Shown here in pieces: positions 52,257 to 62,616 of a stretch of 64,000 bases of DNA. The notes beneath the pieces were generated by a model. That model saw only the letters and a program-made list of their open reading frames with translations, ran no database searches and was not told the DNA's origin. Origin of the DNA: Candidatus Marinacidobacterales bacterium (GTDB taxonomy: Bacteria > Acidobacteriota > Vicinamibacteria > Marinacidobacterales > SMYC01); contig OZ250169.1 of assembly GCA_965237955.1 (NCBI GenBank), positions 6,976,001-7,040,000 of the forward strand, in the 5' to 3' direction. The first letter of the stretch is position 1. Each line of letters starts with the position of its first letter. The position numbers were made by a program, and so were the translations under genes.

Positions 52257-53513
52257 TCAACTCGTTCCTTCGGTGGCGTGGAGGCGGAAGCGGACTTTGT
52301 TGATCCTTTGGCCGTCGGCGTCGACGACCTCGATGCGAATGCCGGCGTGCTCGATGACTTCGCCGGTCCGCGGGATGCGGCCGATGGCGTCGAGGATGTA
52401 ACCGGAGACGGTTTCGAATCCCGAGCCGTTGACTTCGAGGTGCAGCTGGTCTCGAACGTTATCGATGTCGGCGCGCCCGCTCACGAGGAAGACGTCGTCC
52501 CTTTCCTTGATGATCTCCTCGTCGACGATGTCGAACTCGTCATGAATCTCTCCAACGATCTCCTCGAGAATATCTTCGACGGTGACGAGCCCCGAGATCC
52601 CGCCGTACTCGTCGACGACCATCGCGAACGTCTGGTTGCTCTTCTGGAACTCCCGCAACAGCTCAGCGACCTTCTTGGTCTCCGGGACGAAGCGAACTTC
52701 GCGGATCAGCGGCTTGATCGCGAAGTCGGGATTCGCTTCGGTGAAAGCGATGAGATCGATCGCGTACACGAGGCCTTCGATATGATCCAAATCGCCGCGA
52801 TAGGCGGGAACCCGGCCGTGTTTCTCCTGGATGAAGAGCTCGCGCACCTCGGCGAACGTCGCGTCGTGCCGAATCGCCACCATCTCGGGCCGCGGGGTCA
52901 TCACCTCTCGTACGACCGTGTCGCCGAGGTCGACGATGGATTGCACCATACGCCCCTCGTCGCCTTCGAGAATGCCCTCTTCCTCACCCGCTTCGATGAA
53001 CGCCTGCACGTCCTGCTCGGTCACGTCCTCTTCGTCCTCGGTCTCCTCCACGAAGACGCCGACGAACCACGCGAGCGGACGGCTGATCGGTGTGACGAGC
53101 TTCGCGTAGACGCGGTACGCGGGGAGGAGCGTCAACAGCACTCGTTCCGGATTATTGCGCGCGATGATGTTGGGGGCGGCTTCCCGGAACACCAGAAACG
53201 CGCCGAGCATCGTGAAGAACGCGAACGCCATCAGCAGCGCCAGCGGCTGGGGCATTCCCGAGGTGATGAACAGCATCGTGACCAGCACCGTGGTCGCGGT
53301 GAAAGCACCCTGCAGTCCGATACGAAGCGGCAGGAGAAAACTCATCGGGTCTTCGAGCGAGGTCGTCAGGTACTCGGTCTTCCAGCTTTCCTCCCGGTAA
53401 GTCCGGATCGAAATCTTGGAGAAGTAGTCGAACGCGACGTCGATGAGCGCGAGCACGAACGCGACCATCAACAACACGGCGATGCCGACGAAAGCCAGCC
53501 ACGTTGGTATCAC
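52257..53513 (-). CDS. HlyC/CorC (CNNM-CBS-CorC) transporter-associated protein
   Basis: TM region, VREVMTPR, VVDEYGG, EDILEEIVGEI. Confidence 0.92.
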   Translation of the reverse strand: MIPTWLAFVGIAVLLMVAFVLALIDVAFDYFSKISIRTYREESWKTEYLTTSLEDPMSFLLPLRIGLQGAFTATTVLVTMLFITSGMPQPLALLMAFAFFTMLGAFLVFREAAPNIIARNNPERVLLTLLPAYRVYAKLVTPISRPLAWFVGVFVEETEDEEDVTEQDVQAFIEAGEEEGILEGDEGRMVQSIVDLGDTVVREVMTPRPEMVAIRHDATFAEVRELFIQEKHGRVPAYRGDLDHIEGLVYAIDLIAFTEANPDFAIKPLIREVRFVPETKKVAELLREFQKSNQTFAMVVDEYGGISGLVTVEDILEEIVGEIHDEFDIVDEEIIKERDDVFLVSGRADIDNVRDQLHLEVNGSGFETVSGYILDAIGRIPRTGEVIEHAGIRIEVVDADGQRINKVRFRLHATEGTS

Positions 53514-53971
53514 GCCGTCACCGCCCGCGGAGTCGTGATGGCGAAGCGTCGTCGCAATCGATACTCGATGCGCCGCATCTCGCCTTCGTCCGTCTCATGG
53601 CAGTAGCCCAGCAAGTGCAAGAACCCATGGAGGCTGAGCAGCTTGAGCTCGCGCTTCAGATTACTGCCGCGTCTTCTTGCCTGCCGGTTGGCAGTGTCCA
53701 CCGATACGACGATGTCCCCGAGATAGTCGGGGTCATCCTCGTATCGGGCGGCCGCAAACGACAAGACATCGGTGGGTTTGTCGTAGCCACGAAAATCGCG
53801 ATTGAGCTTCTGGATGCGAGCATCGCCGACGAGTGCGAGCGTCGCCGACGCTTCGGGGGCGCGGAGCGTCACCGCCACTTCTCTCAGGAACCGCTCGAGC
53901 ACACGGCTGTCGACTTTGTGTCGCCGCTGTAGATTTAGGACGATGAGACTTTGGTCAGGGTCCTCGTTCAT
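53510..53971 (-). CDS. ybeY: rRNA maturation endoribonuclease YbeY
   Basis: LNRDFRGYDKPTDVLSF, HGFLHLLGYCH. Confidence 0.95.
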   Translation of the reverse strand: MNEDPDQSLIVLNLQRRHKVDSRVLERFLREVAVTLRAPEASATLALVGDARIQKLNRDFRGYDKPTDVLSFAAARYEDDPDYLGDIVVSVDTANRQARRRGSNLKRELKLLSLHGFLHLLGYCHETDEGEMRRIEYRLRRRFAITTPRAVTA

Positions 53972-56331
53972 CGACTGTCCTGAACCACCACCGGCTCGAT
54001 CTGCTTCTCGAAATCGAAGCCGGGATAGCTCACTCGTTGATGGTGAATACCCATGAGAGCTCTCAGAAAGCTTTGGGCAATCTTCTCTAGGTCTCGAAGG
54101 GTGAGATCGCATTCGTTGAGCTGACCATCCAGGAAGATGTAGTCGATGATCTGACGGATCATCCCCTTGAGTCGCGCGGGGCTCGGCTCGTCGAGCGTCC
54201 GCGACGCTGCCTCGACCGCATCGGCAATCATGATGATACCGGCTTCTTTGGTCTGGGGCTTCGGGCCGGGATAACGAAACTCTTCCTCGGTGACTTCTCC
54301 CAAAGCCAGATCTTGATGCTCTTTTGCCTTCTGGTAGAAGTAGGTGATGAGCTTCGTTCCGTGATGCTGCGGAATGACGTCGACGATCTCTTGGGGAAGG
54401 TCGATTTCTTTCCCCATCTCGATGCCCTCTTTCACGTGGCTCGCGATGATGAGAGCACTCATCCGCGGCGACAGATTGTCGTGTTTGTTGCCACCGATCT
54501 GGTTTTCCACGAAGTAGTTCACTTTGGTGAGCTTCCCGATGTCGTGGTACATCGCGGCGGTGCGGCAAAAGACCGCGTTCGCGCCGATGGCTTCGGCAGC
54601 GGCCTCGGAAAGCGAGCCGACGACCACGCTGTGGTGATAGGTGCCCGGAGCCTCGAGTGCGAGCTGTCTCAAAACGGGAACATTGTTGTTCACGAGCTCG
54701 AGCAAGCGGATATCGGTGGTGCGGTGAAAAAGAGCCTCCAACGCAGGGAGCAGAAACGAAACGACGATCGAAACGCTTGCACCGCCGAGAAATGCGCACA
54801 ACAAATCGAACGAGAACGTGCTCGGCGGAAAGTAACGCCCGGCGAGAAGATCGATCGCGAGGACGGTCACGAAATTCACGCTCCCGACGAGAAGCCCGAG
54901 TGCGAAAAGCGCAGTACGCCGTTTGTACTGAAACAAGCCCAAAATTGCCGCCAGGCACGAAAGCAAACAGAACACCGCGAGCTGCAGGTTGCCGGTCATC
55001 ACGCCGAGCGCGATGGCAAAGAGCGCCGATGCCAGGAGCGCTGTCGGCGTGTGCTCGAGCAGCAGGATCAGCACCGCCACACCGGCGAACGGGACGGCAT
55101 AGAAATAGGAGGTCGTGTTGCTGAACGGGGCGGCGACGAGTTGCTCGGAGAACACGCGCGCCACGAAAAACGCCACGCGGGCCAACGCGAGGTGACCAAC
55201 GATGACGATGCCAACCATCGCGAACGATTGACGCCGCCACGCTTCACTCGTGCGCGATGGCCTCAACAGATACCACTGAATCAACAACAAGACGCCGGCG
55301 AGCAACAACGCTCCTATTGCACCGGCCAAACCCCAGCGTTGATCTTGCTCCGATGCGAGGATTTGCAGCTGGCGCAATCCGTTCTCATCGATCTCGTCGC
55401 CGGCGCGAACGATGGTCTTGCCGCGCTGGACTTGATAGTACACAGCATCGACGCTACGTCGCGCTTCGGCTCGCTCCCGTTTGGTCCCGGCGAAATCGAA
55501 GGTGAGCGTCGGCTCGACGAACCGCGCCCCGATACTCGCGAGCTTGCGGCGCTCGGCCTGCCTCAAGTCCGAGAGGCTCGCCATGTGCACGACGAGGAGC
55601 TCTTGTGCCTCGCCCGTCGTGAGAATGTTCGAGTAATCACGCCGTAGTTGGGTCGACTTGCTGATCGCTTCACGCCGACTGATGGCGCGCCCCGACGCGA
55701 GGAGCCTTTCTTTGCTGGTAACGATGTCGCGGGACAAGACACTCGTGACCGCGCGGGTCAACACTTGCTCCACGTCCGTCGAGAATTCCTGCTCGAGCAA
55801 CAGGTCGAGCTCTTCGTCGCGGAGCGTTACCTCGAGACGGTCCTGGAGATCGGAGAGAAGCTCTTCGCGTGGAAGCACGAGCTCCGGCGGAGTGTCCTCG
55901 CCTGCTTCGGCGGCTTCGGCTCCGGTAACATCAGTGATACCCAGCGCCTCGCGGCCGAGCTCGAACGCAGACGCAACGCGGTTGCGCGCGTCGGCCATCG
56001 CCGCATCGTTGAACACGAAAATCTCGGGCACCGCATCCGCGGCCTCTTCGCGGCGAGCCTCGGTCGTAACTTCATCCTCGTAGCTGAAGTCGAAGGGTGC
56101 CCGCACGGTGACCGGGGAGATGTCCCCGAGCTCGAACTCCTGGACACGAATGCTGAGACCGGGTGTCAGGAGCGCCGTCAGGCATACGAGGAACAGAATG
56201 ACCCAGGGCCAAACCGAGGAGTACGCCAAGTCGAACAGGTCCCGCATGCGGAACCTGCGGAGGCCGCGGCGGGACTTCTCCTTTTTCGGTTTAGGAGAGC
56301 TTTCGTCGTCCGTTAAGGGCATTAAAGTCAT
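53968..56331 (-). CDS. 7TM-HD (HDIG) phosphohydrolase, PgpH-like
   Basis: Extracellular domain plus TM bundle, APGTYHHS, YHDIGK, QHHGT, RYPGPKP, IADAVEAA. Confidence 0.92.
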   Translation of the reverse strand: MTLMPLTDDESSPKPKKEKSRRGLRRFRMRDLFDLAYSSVWPWVILFLVCLTALLTPGLSIRVQEFELGDISPVTVRAPFDFSYEDEVTTEARREEAADAVPEIFVFNDAAMADARNRVASAFELGREALGITDVTGAEAAEAGEDTPPELVLPREELLSDLQDRLEVTLRDEELDLLLEQEFSTDVEQVLTRAVTSVLSRDIVTSKERLLASGRAISRREAISKSTQLRRDYSNILTTGEAQELLVVHMASLSDLRQAERRKLASIGARFVEPTLTFDFAGTKRERAEARRSVDAVYYQVQRGKTIVRAGDEIDENGLRQLQILASEQDQRWGLAGAIGALLLAGVLLLIQWYLLRPSRTSEAWRRQSFAMVGIVIVGHLALARVAFFVARVFSEQLVAAPFSNTTSYFYAVPFAGVAVLILLLEHTPTALLASALFAIALGVMTGNLQLAVFCLLSCLAAILGLFQYKRRTALFALGLLVGSVNFVTVLAIDLLAGRYFPPSTFSFDLLCAFLGGASVSIVVSFLLPALEALFHRTTDIRLLELVNNNVPVLRQLALEAPGTYHHSVVVGSLSEAAAEAIGANAVFCRTAAMYHDIGKLTKVNYFVENQIGGNKHDNLSPRMSALIIASHVKEGIEMGKEIDLPQEIVDVIPQHHGTKLITYFYQKAKEHQDLALGEVTEEEFRYPGPKPQTKEAGIIMIADAVEAASRTLDEPSPARLKGMIRQIIDYIFLDGQLNECDLTLRDLEKIAQSFLRALMGIHHQRVSYPGFDFEKQIEPVVVQDSR

Positions 56332-57306
56332 CTAAGACTCGTCCGCGACTGCGACAGGACGAGTCTTCCGCTTGCCTCGATCATACGCCCGGATGATGGA
56401 TTGTACGAGCGGATGCCGGACCACATCCTGTGCGTCGAAGTGAACGAAGCCGATGCCGCTGATGCCCTGGAGGATTTCCGTGGATTCGACGAGGCCACTG
56501 GTCTTGCCGGACGGCAGGTCGATTTGGGTCACGTCGCCGGTCACGACCGCCTTGGAGCCGAACCCGATGCGGGTCAGGAACATCTTCATTTGCTCGGACG
56601 TCGTGTTCTGAGCCTCGTCGAGGATGATAAAGCTCCCGTTCAACGTGCGCCCACGCATGAAGCCGATGGGTGCGATCTCGATGGCGCCGCGCTCGATCAA
56701 ACGCGCCACTTTCGCGGCATCCATGACGTCGTAGAGCGCGTCGTAGAGTGGCCGCAGATAGGGGTTGATTTTTTCCTGAAGGTCTCCGGGTAGAAAACCG
56801 AGCTTTTCGCCCGCTTCGACCGCGGGCCGCGCCAAGATGATGCGATTGACGTCCTTCTGGTTGAACGCGGCAACGGCCATCGCCACAGCGAGATAGGTCT
56901 TGCCCGTACCCGCCGGACCGATCCCGAGCACGATGTCGTTCTCGTCCATCGCTTTCAGGTACGCGCGCTGGTGCAAGCTCCGCGGCATGACCTTTTTGTT
57001 CTTGGAGGGATACAGGACCGCGTGCACGAAGTAGTCCTTCAAGGACACGTTCGGATCTTGCCGGATCAGCCGAAGCGCGATGCGCAGATCGCCCGCGGTA
57101 AGGCGATGACCGTCCGCTGCAAGCCCCGAGAGTTGCTGGAAGATGTTCTCGAGTTTTTCGACTTGCTCCGCGGCTCCCTCGACGAGGAGCTCTTCCCCGC
57201 GGCTTACGATCTGGACACCGAGAGTCTTCTCGAGGGATTTCAGGTTCTCGTCATGGACACCGAATAGAGCGAGAGCGCCTTGTTCCGGAACCGAAATCTT
57301 CTTCAT
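56332..57306 (-). CDS. phoH: PhoH family ATPase
   Basis: GPAGTGKT, RPAVEAGEKLGFLPG, MRGRTL, LDEAQN. Confidence 0.95.
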   Translation of the reverse strand: MKKISVPEQGALALFGVHDENLKSLEKTLGVQIVSRGEELLVEGAAEQVEKLENIFQQLSGLAADGHRLTAGDLRIALRLIRQDPNVSLKDYFVHAVLYPSKNKKVMPRSLHQRAYLKAMDENDIVLGIGPAGTGKTYLAVAMAVAAFNQKDVNRIILARPAVEAGEKLGFLPGDLQEKINPYLRPLYDALYDVMDAAKVARLIERGAIEIAPIGFMRGRTLNGSFIILDEAQNTTSEQMKMFLTRIGFGSKAVVTGDVTQIDLPSGKTSGLVESTEILQGISGIGFVHFDAQDVVRHPLVQSIIRAYDRGKRKTRPVAVADES

Positions 57307-57462
57307 GTAACGGAAGTACCTGCCTCCACAATTCTGATCATGAGGGAATGCGACAACGCAAAAGCGTCAGGTTTCTTGTTCAATTATCGAGTGGGGATGA
57401 TGACGGTTGGCATGGGACGGCACCGCGAAGTCGGTTGCCGAAGAAGCTGCATACTCGAGTCG

Positions 57463-57491
57463 AAAGTAGCACAGCACTTACATGCCGTCAA
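57463..57491 (-). promoter_or_regulatory. sigma70-type promoter for the phoH operon
   Basis: TTGACG-N17-TACTTT with TG just upstream of the -10. Confidence 0.55.
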
Positions 57492-57500
57492 ACCGGCTGC

Positions 57501-59267
57501 CTAGGTCTTCTTAATATTGATGCCCAGCTCGTCTAGCTGCTCTTGGGCGACTTTGGAGGGGGAGCCGGTCATCATATCGAAGGCAGAGGTCGTCTTGGGG
57601 AACGCGATCACGTCCCTCAAGCTCGTGCCGCCGGCGGCCAGCATGGCGATGCGGTCGAATCCGAGCGCGATCCCGCCGTGGGGTGGGGTGCCGTATTGGA
57701 GCGCCTCGAGGAAGAAGCCGAATTTCTCCTGGGCTTCCTCGTCGCTCAGGCTCAAGGCGCGAAACACCCGCTCCTGAGTTTTGGAGTTGTGGATCCGGAT
57801 GCTTCCACCACCCAGCTCGTGCCCGTTGGCAACGCAGTCGTAGGCGAGAGCGCGTACCTTGCCCGGGTGGGACTCCAAAACGTCGATATCGTCGGGATGG
57901 GGCGACGTAAACGGGTGGTGCATGGAATACCAGCGCCCGTCCCCTTCGTGGTACTTCAACAGGGGGAATTCGGTCACCCAGACGAACTTCCAGTCGCCTT
58001 GCTGGATCCACCCTTCTCGCTTCGCGAGCTGCACGCGAAGACCGCCGAGAACTGCGGCGACGAGCCGGCGCTCGCCGGCGACGACGAGCAAGAGATCACC
58101 CAAACCGCCGCCGGTCGCTTCGAACGCCTTGCTCAGCCTGTCTTCGCCGACGTGACGCGCGAGCGGTGATTTGAGCTCGGCGTCCGTCCAGCGCGCCCAA
58201 CCGAGTCCTTTGGCCCCGAGCTCCTTCGCCGCCGCCTCGAGATTATCGAGGTCTTTGCGCGAATACTTGGCACAGCCTTCGGCGGCCACGGCACGCACCA
58301 CCCCACCTGCTTCGAGAACGGACTCGAAAATCCCGTATCCCGAGCCTTGCATCACGTCGGAAACGTCGGCAATCTCGCAGCCAAACCGCAGATCGGGTTT
58401 GTCCGAACCGTAGCGATCGATCGCCTCGCGGTAGCTGAGTCGGGGAAAGGGCGTTTCGAGCTCGTCGCCGATCGTTTTCAACATCGCGGCGAATAGGCCT
58501 TCGACGAGTCCGTACACATCGTCGGGCTCGACGAATGACATCTCGATATCGATCTGGGTGAACTCGGGCTGACGGTCGGCACGGATGTCTTCGTCGCGGA
58601 AGCACCGGACGATTTGGAAATACCGCTCCATTCCGGCGATCATCAAAAGCTGTTTGAAGATTTGGGGCGATTGCGGCAACGCGTAGAAAGCGCCTTTGTG
58701 CACGCGGCTCGGCACCAGATAGTCACGTGCGCCTTCCGGCGTCGACTTCGTCAAGTAGGGTGTCTCGATCTCGTAAAAACCCTGCTCGGCGAGATAGTTT
58801 CTTCCCGCGGCCGCGAGCTTGCTGCGGCGCTCGAGATTGCGCCGCATCACGCCACGTCTCAAGTCGAGATAGCGGTAACGAAGCCGCAAGTCTTCACTGG
58901 TCTTGAGATCGTCGTCGATGGCAAACGGCGGCGTCTTCGCTTCCGACAACACTTCGAACGCGTCCGCCCGAACTTCAATCGCGCCGGTGGCGATCTTGGG
59001 GTTGACGGTGTCATCGGAGCGACGGAGTACTTCGCCTCGTACGGCGACGACCCACTCTGAGCTCACTCGCTTGGCGAGCTCGATCACCTCGGTGCTCGCC
59101 TGGACTCCGATGAGTAGTTGCGTCACTCCCTCGCGGTCGCGAAGCTCGATGAACGTGATGCCGCCGAGATCGCGGACGACGTCGACCCAGCCCATGAGCG
59201 TGACCGTGCTCCCGACGGCGTCCGGGCCGAGCTCACCGCAAGTATGGGTTCGTCGCCAAGAGGTCAC
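57501..59267 (-). CDS. aspS: Aspartate--tRNA ligase
   Basis: RTHTCG, RDLGG, RYRYLDLR, FRDEDIRADRQPEFTQ, PPHGGIALG. Confidence 0.97.
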   Translation of the reverse strand: MTSWRRTHTCGELGPDAVGSTVTLMGWVDVVRDLGGITFIELRDREGVTQLLIGVQASTEVIELAKRVSSEWVVAVRGEVLRRSDDTVNPKIATGAIEVRADAFEVLSEAKTPPFAIDDDLKTSEDLRLRYRYLDLRRGVMRRNLERRSKLAAAGRNYLAEQGFYEIETPYLTKSTPEGARDYLVPSRVHKGAFYALPQSPQIFKQLLMIAGMERYFQIVRCFRDEDIRADRQPEFTQIDIEMSFVEPDDVYGLVEGLFAAMLKTIGDELETPFPRLSYREAIDRYGSDKPDLRFGCEIADVSDVMQGSGYGIFESVLEAGGVVRAVAAEGCAKYSRKDLDNLEAAAKELGAKGLGWARWTDAELKSPLARHVGEDRLSKAFEATGGGLGDLLLVVAGERRLVAAVLGGLRVQLAKREGWIQQGDWKFVWVTEFPLLKYHEGDGRWYSMHHPFTSPHPDDIDVLESHPGKVRALAYDCVANGHELGGGSIRIHNSKTQERVFRALSLSDEEAQEKFGFFLEALQYGTPPHGGIALGFDRIAMLAAGGTSLRDVIAFPKTTSAFDMMTGSPSKVAQEQLDELGINIKKT

Positions 59268-59809
59268 GTTGGCCTCCTGTGATTACTTGGAAATAAGAAA
59301 TCATGATTCAAATAGTCATCCTTCAGTGCGCAATACGTCTCTGCCGAAAAGGCCAGATGTGCGAGCTCTTCGCCGGTCAAATCGCGGACCACGCGCGCCG
59401 GGACCCCACGGGCCAGCTTGCGCGACGGCACGACGGTGCCGGGGCTCACGAGAGAGCCCGCGGCGACGAACGCCTGTTCTTCCACCAAGACGTCGTCGAG
59501 GACGATAGCACCCATCCCGATGAGAGAGCCCGACTTCACGTGACACCCGTGCAGAATAGCGCGATGGCCTATGGTGACGCCGTCGTCGAGCACGGTGGGG
59601 CCGCCGCCGTGGTTGACGTGGATGACCGTCAGATCCTGAACGTTGGTGCGCTCGCCGATTCTGATGTGGTGGACATCGCCACGGATCACCGAGCCAAACC
59701 AGATGCTCGAGTGGGCGCCGATGACGACGTCGCCGAGGACGTGCACCCCTTCGGCGATGTATGCGGTTTCGTGGATTTTCGGAGTTTTGTCGAGGTAGCT
59801 CCGGATCAA
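59264..59809 (-). CDS. Gamma carbonic anhydrase-like hexapeptide-repeat protein
   Basis: IRGDV, NVQD..IH, IGH..LHGC. Confidence 0.92.
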   Translation of the reverse strand: MIRSYLDKTPKIHETAYIAEGVHVLGDVVIGAHSSIWFGSVIRGDVHHIRIGERTNVQDLTVIHVNHGGGPTVLDDGVTIGHRAILHGCHVKSGSLIGMGAIVLDDVLVEEQAFVAAGSLVSPGTVVPSRKLARGVPARVVRDLTGEELAHLAFSAETYCALKDDYLNHDFLFPSNHRRPT

Positions 59810-60693
59810 GACGGGTCGTCCCCAAGCTCCGTCAACCACACGAGATCGCGGGCGAAATCGTAAGTCATGGAAATGGTGCGCAGCACGTCGGAGCCGATGA
59901 CCCCCGCGGGATTGCCGTCGTAGGGTAGCGCGTGCATGTTGGCAAGCAACATCGGCATCTGCTCACGTCGAAATCCACCAATCTCGACGACGGCGATATC
60001 GGTCTGCGGGTCTTTCTTGTTCGCCAACTTGGTGTCGACTGCCCACTTGCGATCCAGGACCGAACCCGACGTGCCCGGATCGAGCACGAAAGTCGCGTCC
60101 TCGTACCCACCTTCTTTTTCGAGCCGTACCGGGACGTAGATGAACCGCCCTTCAGTCGTGTAGGTCACGCCGCCTTCGGGCACGTCGTTCTCGGGCGACG
60201 GCTCGATCAACAGCAGCTGGCGCGGGTAGTGGATCGTAAGTCTCAGCGGCTCGAGAATGTCGCGGCCGATGCGGCCGTAGCTGCGCAGCCCGCCCGAGCC
60301 GGTGCCGTCTTCGCCGTCGATGAGAAGCGTTCTCACGAGCTCGAACTTCGCTTTGCCGATCTCGAGCGTCTGCACGTACGAGACGGGGACCAATTCTTCC
60401 TTGCCGTAGAAGTCGATCTCTTGCACTTCGCCGCGGCTGACGAGCTTCATCCCCGCCCCGTCCACGAGCATTGAATCGAGGAGCAAGTCCTGGAACCCGA
60501 CGTCGACCACGAGCCGATGCCCGCCCATGCCGTTGACTTTGCCGCGCACGATCGGGAGTGCCGACGATTCGATGAGCTCGAACTTGACCCATTCTTGCGC
60601 GGGAAGCTCCGCACCGGACACGAGCATCGCCCCAAGAAGGACCACCACTTTCGGCAGCTTCACGAGATTTCGCTTCATTTCGTCTTGCGTCAC
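59806..60693 (-). CDS. Secreted tandem retropepsin-like (aspartyl protease fold) protein
   Basis: Two lobes: LVVDVG..GRIGRDIL and FVLDPGT..GVIGSDVL. Confidence 0.7.
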   Translation of the reverse strand: MTQDEMKRNLVKLPKVVVLLGAMLVSGAELPAQEWVKFELIESSALPIVRGKVNGMGGHRLVVDVGFQDLLLDSMLVDGAGMKLVSRGEVQEIDFYGKEELVPVSYVQTLEIGKAKFELVRTLLIDGEDGTGSGGLRSYGRIGRDILEPLRLTIHYPRQLLLIEPSPENDVPEGGVTYTTEGRFIYVPVRLEKEGGYEDATFVLDPGTSGSVLDRKWAVDTKLANKKDPQTDIAVVEIGGFRREQMPMLLANMHALPYDGNPAGVIGSDVLRTISMTYDFARDLVWLTELGDDPS

Positions 60694-60748
60694 GAGACGA
60701 TAGCAGATTTGATGAGCGTTTGCTCGCCGTTTCGGAGAATAATGGCGC

Positions 60749-62368
60749 GTGGCTCACGCTGTCCGGTGGAAGGACGTCCTCCTCGCTACCGCGGTATTCT
60801 CGCTCGCGAGCCTGGTGTACACGTTCCCCCTCATCACCGCTCCAGCTCACGCGAATCGACTCGACAGCCCCGATGCACTCCTCAACGCCTGGATCATCTC
60901 GTGGGACGTCCATCAGTTACGAGCCGACCCGCTTCACCTCTTCGACGCCAACATCTTCTTTCCTGAAAAAGGCACACTCGCGTATTCCGAGAACTTGGTG
61001 ACGGGCGCGCTCATCGCCGCGCCGGTGGCCGCGTTCAGCGACAACCCCATCGTGGCCTTCAACACCGTGCTGTTGTTCGCGTTCGTGCTCACCGGCGTCG
61101 CAACCTTCGTCCTCGCCTACGACCTCACCGGCGACCGTCTGGCCTCGATACTCGCCGGCGTTCTGTTTGCTTTCGCACCCTACCGGTTCGCACACATTCC
61201 CCATCTGCAACTTCAGCTCGCGTTTGGCATTCCGTTGAGTCTGCTCTTTATTCGCCGGCTCGTCATGAATACGGCGAGTACGTTGACTACGTCGGGAACG
61301 TCGGCGGGATACGCAGCGGTCGGCTTCGCGCTCTCTGCAGCGCTGACGTTTGGCTCGAGCGTGTACTACGCGGTTTTCGTCGCGAGCGTCGCGCCGCTCG
61401 TCGCGCTCACCGAGATCTATTGGCTCCCTCGGCGCCGGCGTCTGGCTGCGATCGGGCGGCTTTTCCTCGCCGGCATCGGCGCTATCGTCCTGACGTTGCC
61501 GCTCGCACTTCCCTATCTCGACAAGCTCCAAGGCGGCACGGTGCGCTCCCTGGAAGCCGCTTCGAGTTTTTCCGCCGGCGTTACCGAATATGTCTCGAGC
61601 TTCTCCCGAGTCCACGCCTTTCTACCCAAGGCGGCCGAGCCTCTGTTTCCCGGGTTCGTTGCTCTGGGGCTTGCGGCAGCGGCGCTCATCGGCGTCTCCC
61701 GTGAGGGGACGAGGAAGCGGTGTTGGGCTCTAATAGGCATCATCGGCGTTGTGCTCTCGGCAGGACCGGCGCTTGGCCTGTTCTCGTTTCTGTATCACAT
61801 CGCGGGGCCGTACCGTGCTCTCCGCGTGCCCTCGCGGGCGGGAGTCCTCCTGTTGCTCGCGGTTGCGGTGCTCGCCGCTCTCGGGCTGACGCTCGTTCGC
61901 AAGAAAGCTTTTCGATGGGCGCTCGTCGCGATCGCGGCCGTCGAGTGTATGGCCGCGCCACTCCCGCTTCGGCTCGATGTCCCGACCTATCCGCCGATCT
62001 ATATGGATGTCGAAGCTCTGGCCGGGCCCGGTGCTCTCGTCGAGCTTCCGCTCCCACCGCCCGAGCGATTCCAGGACAACGCGCTTTTCGTCTATCGATC
62101 GATCTACCACCGCCGGGAGCTCGTAAACGGCTACAGTGGCTTCGTACCCCGGAGCTACCGGCGCGCGCATCGCCTGCTCATGCGACGCAATTTCACGCGG
62201 GGTCTAGAATCGATGTGGCAAGACGGGGTGCGGTTCGTCCTCGTTCACGAAGGCAGACTCGGACCGCGCATGCTCCGACAGATCCAACAAGCGCGGGATT
62301 CCGGAGCTCTGGTGATGGTGTCGGAGAGCGCGCCGGATCGTCTCTACGCTATCGCGGCTTTGCGATAA
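60749..62368 (+). CDS. Polytopic membrane protein, GT-C/YfhO-like
   Basis: DALLNAWI, FDANIFFP..LAYSE, FAFAPYR, LRVPSR, VNGYSGF; many TM helices. Confidence 0.75.
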   Translation: MAHAVRWKDVLLATAVFSLASLVYTFPLITAPAHANRLDSPDALLNAWIISWDVHQLRADPLHLFDANIFFPEKGTLAYSENLVTGALIAAPVAAFSDNPIVAFNTVLLFAFVLTGVATFVLAYDLTGDRLASILAGVLFAFAPYRFAHIPHLQLQLAFGIPLSLLFIRRLVMNTASTLTTSGTSAGYAAVGFALSAALTFGSSVYYAVFVASVAPLVALTEIYWLPRRRRLAAIGRLFLAGIGAIVLTLPLALPYLDKLQGGTVRSLEAASSFSAGVTEYVSSFSRVHAFLPKAAEPLFPGFVALGLAAAALIGVSREGTRKRCWALIGIIGVVLSAGPALGLFSFLYHIAGPYRALRVPSRAGVLLLLAVAVLAALGLTLVRKKAFRWALVAIAAVECMAAPLPLRLDVPTYPPIYMDVEALAGPGALVELPLPPPERFQDNALFVYRSIYHRRELVNGYSGFVPRSYRRAHRLLMRRNFTRGLESMWQDGVRFVLVHEGRLGPRMLRQIQQARDSGALVMVSESAPDRLYAIAALR

Positions 62369-62371
62369 CGG

Positions 62372-62584
62372 CTACTGCTCGAGCAGAGAGTCGGGCTCGA
62401 GGAGCCAGCCATAGTCGTGCAGGCGCTGGGTGCGGGGCTCGCCGAGCGGTGGCTCGTCGCTGTGCTCTTTGAGGATTGCGGGACCGGGAACGAGCCAGCT
62501 GTTCACCAGGTATTCCCAATAGGCCAACCGTTGCCCGTACTCTTCCGCTTCGGACCACTCTGCTCTGGGGATTGCTTCTGCCAC
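62372..62584 (-). CDS. 70-aa hypothetical protein, Trp/Glu-rich
   Basis: GGAGG RBS before GTG; own sigma54 promoter. Confidence 0.65.
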   Translation of the reverse strand: MAEAIPRAEWSEAEEYGQRLAYWEYLVNSWLVPGPAILKEHSDEPPLGEPRTQRLHDYGWLLEPDSLLEQ

Positions 62585-62616
62585 GGTAACCTCCAGGACT
62601 CGCTACCTTGGGAGCA

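Noticed and set aside
57310-57500. 6S RNA downstream of aspS, as in Bacillus
   Set aside because: No ~180-nt rod with a central bubble; the region is explained by a promoter and leader.
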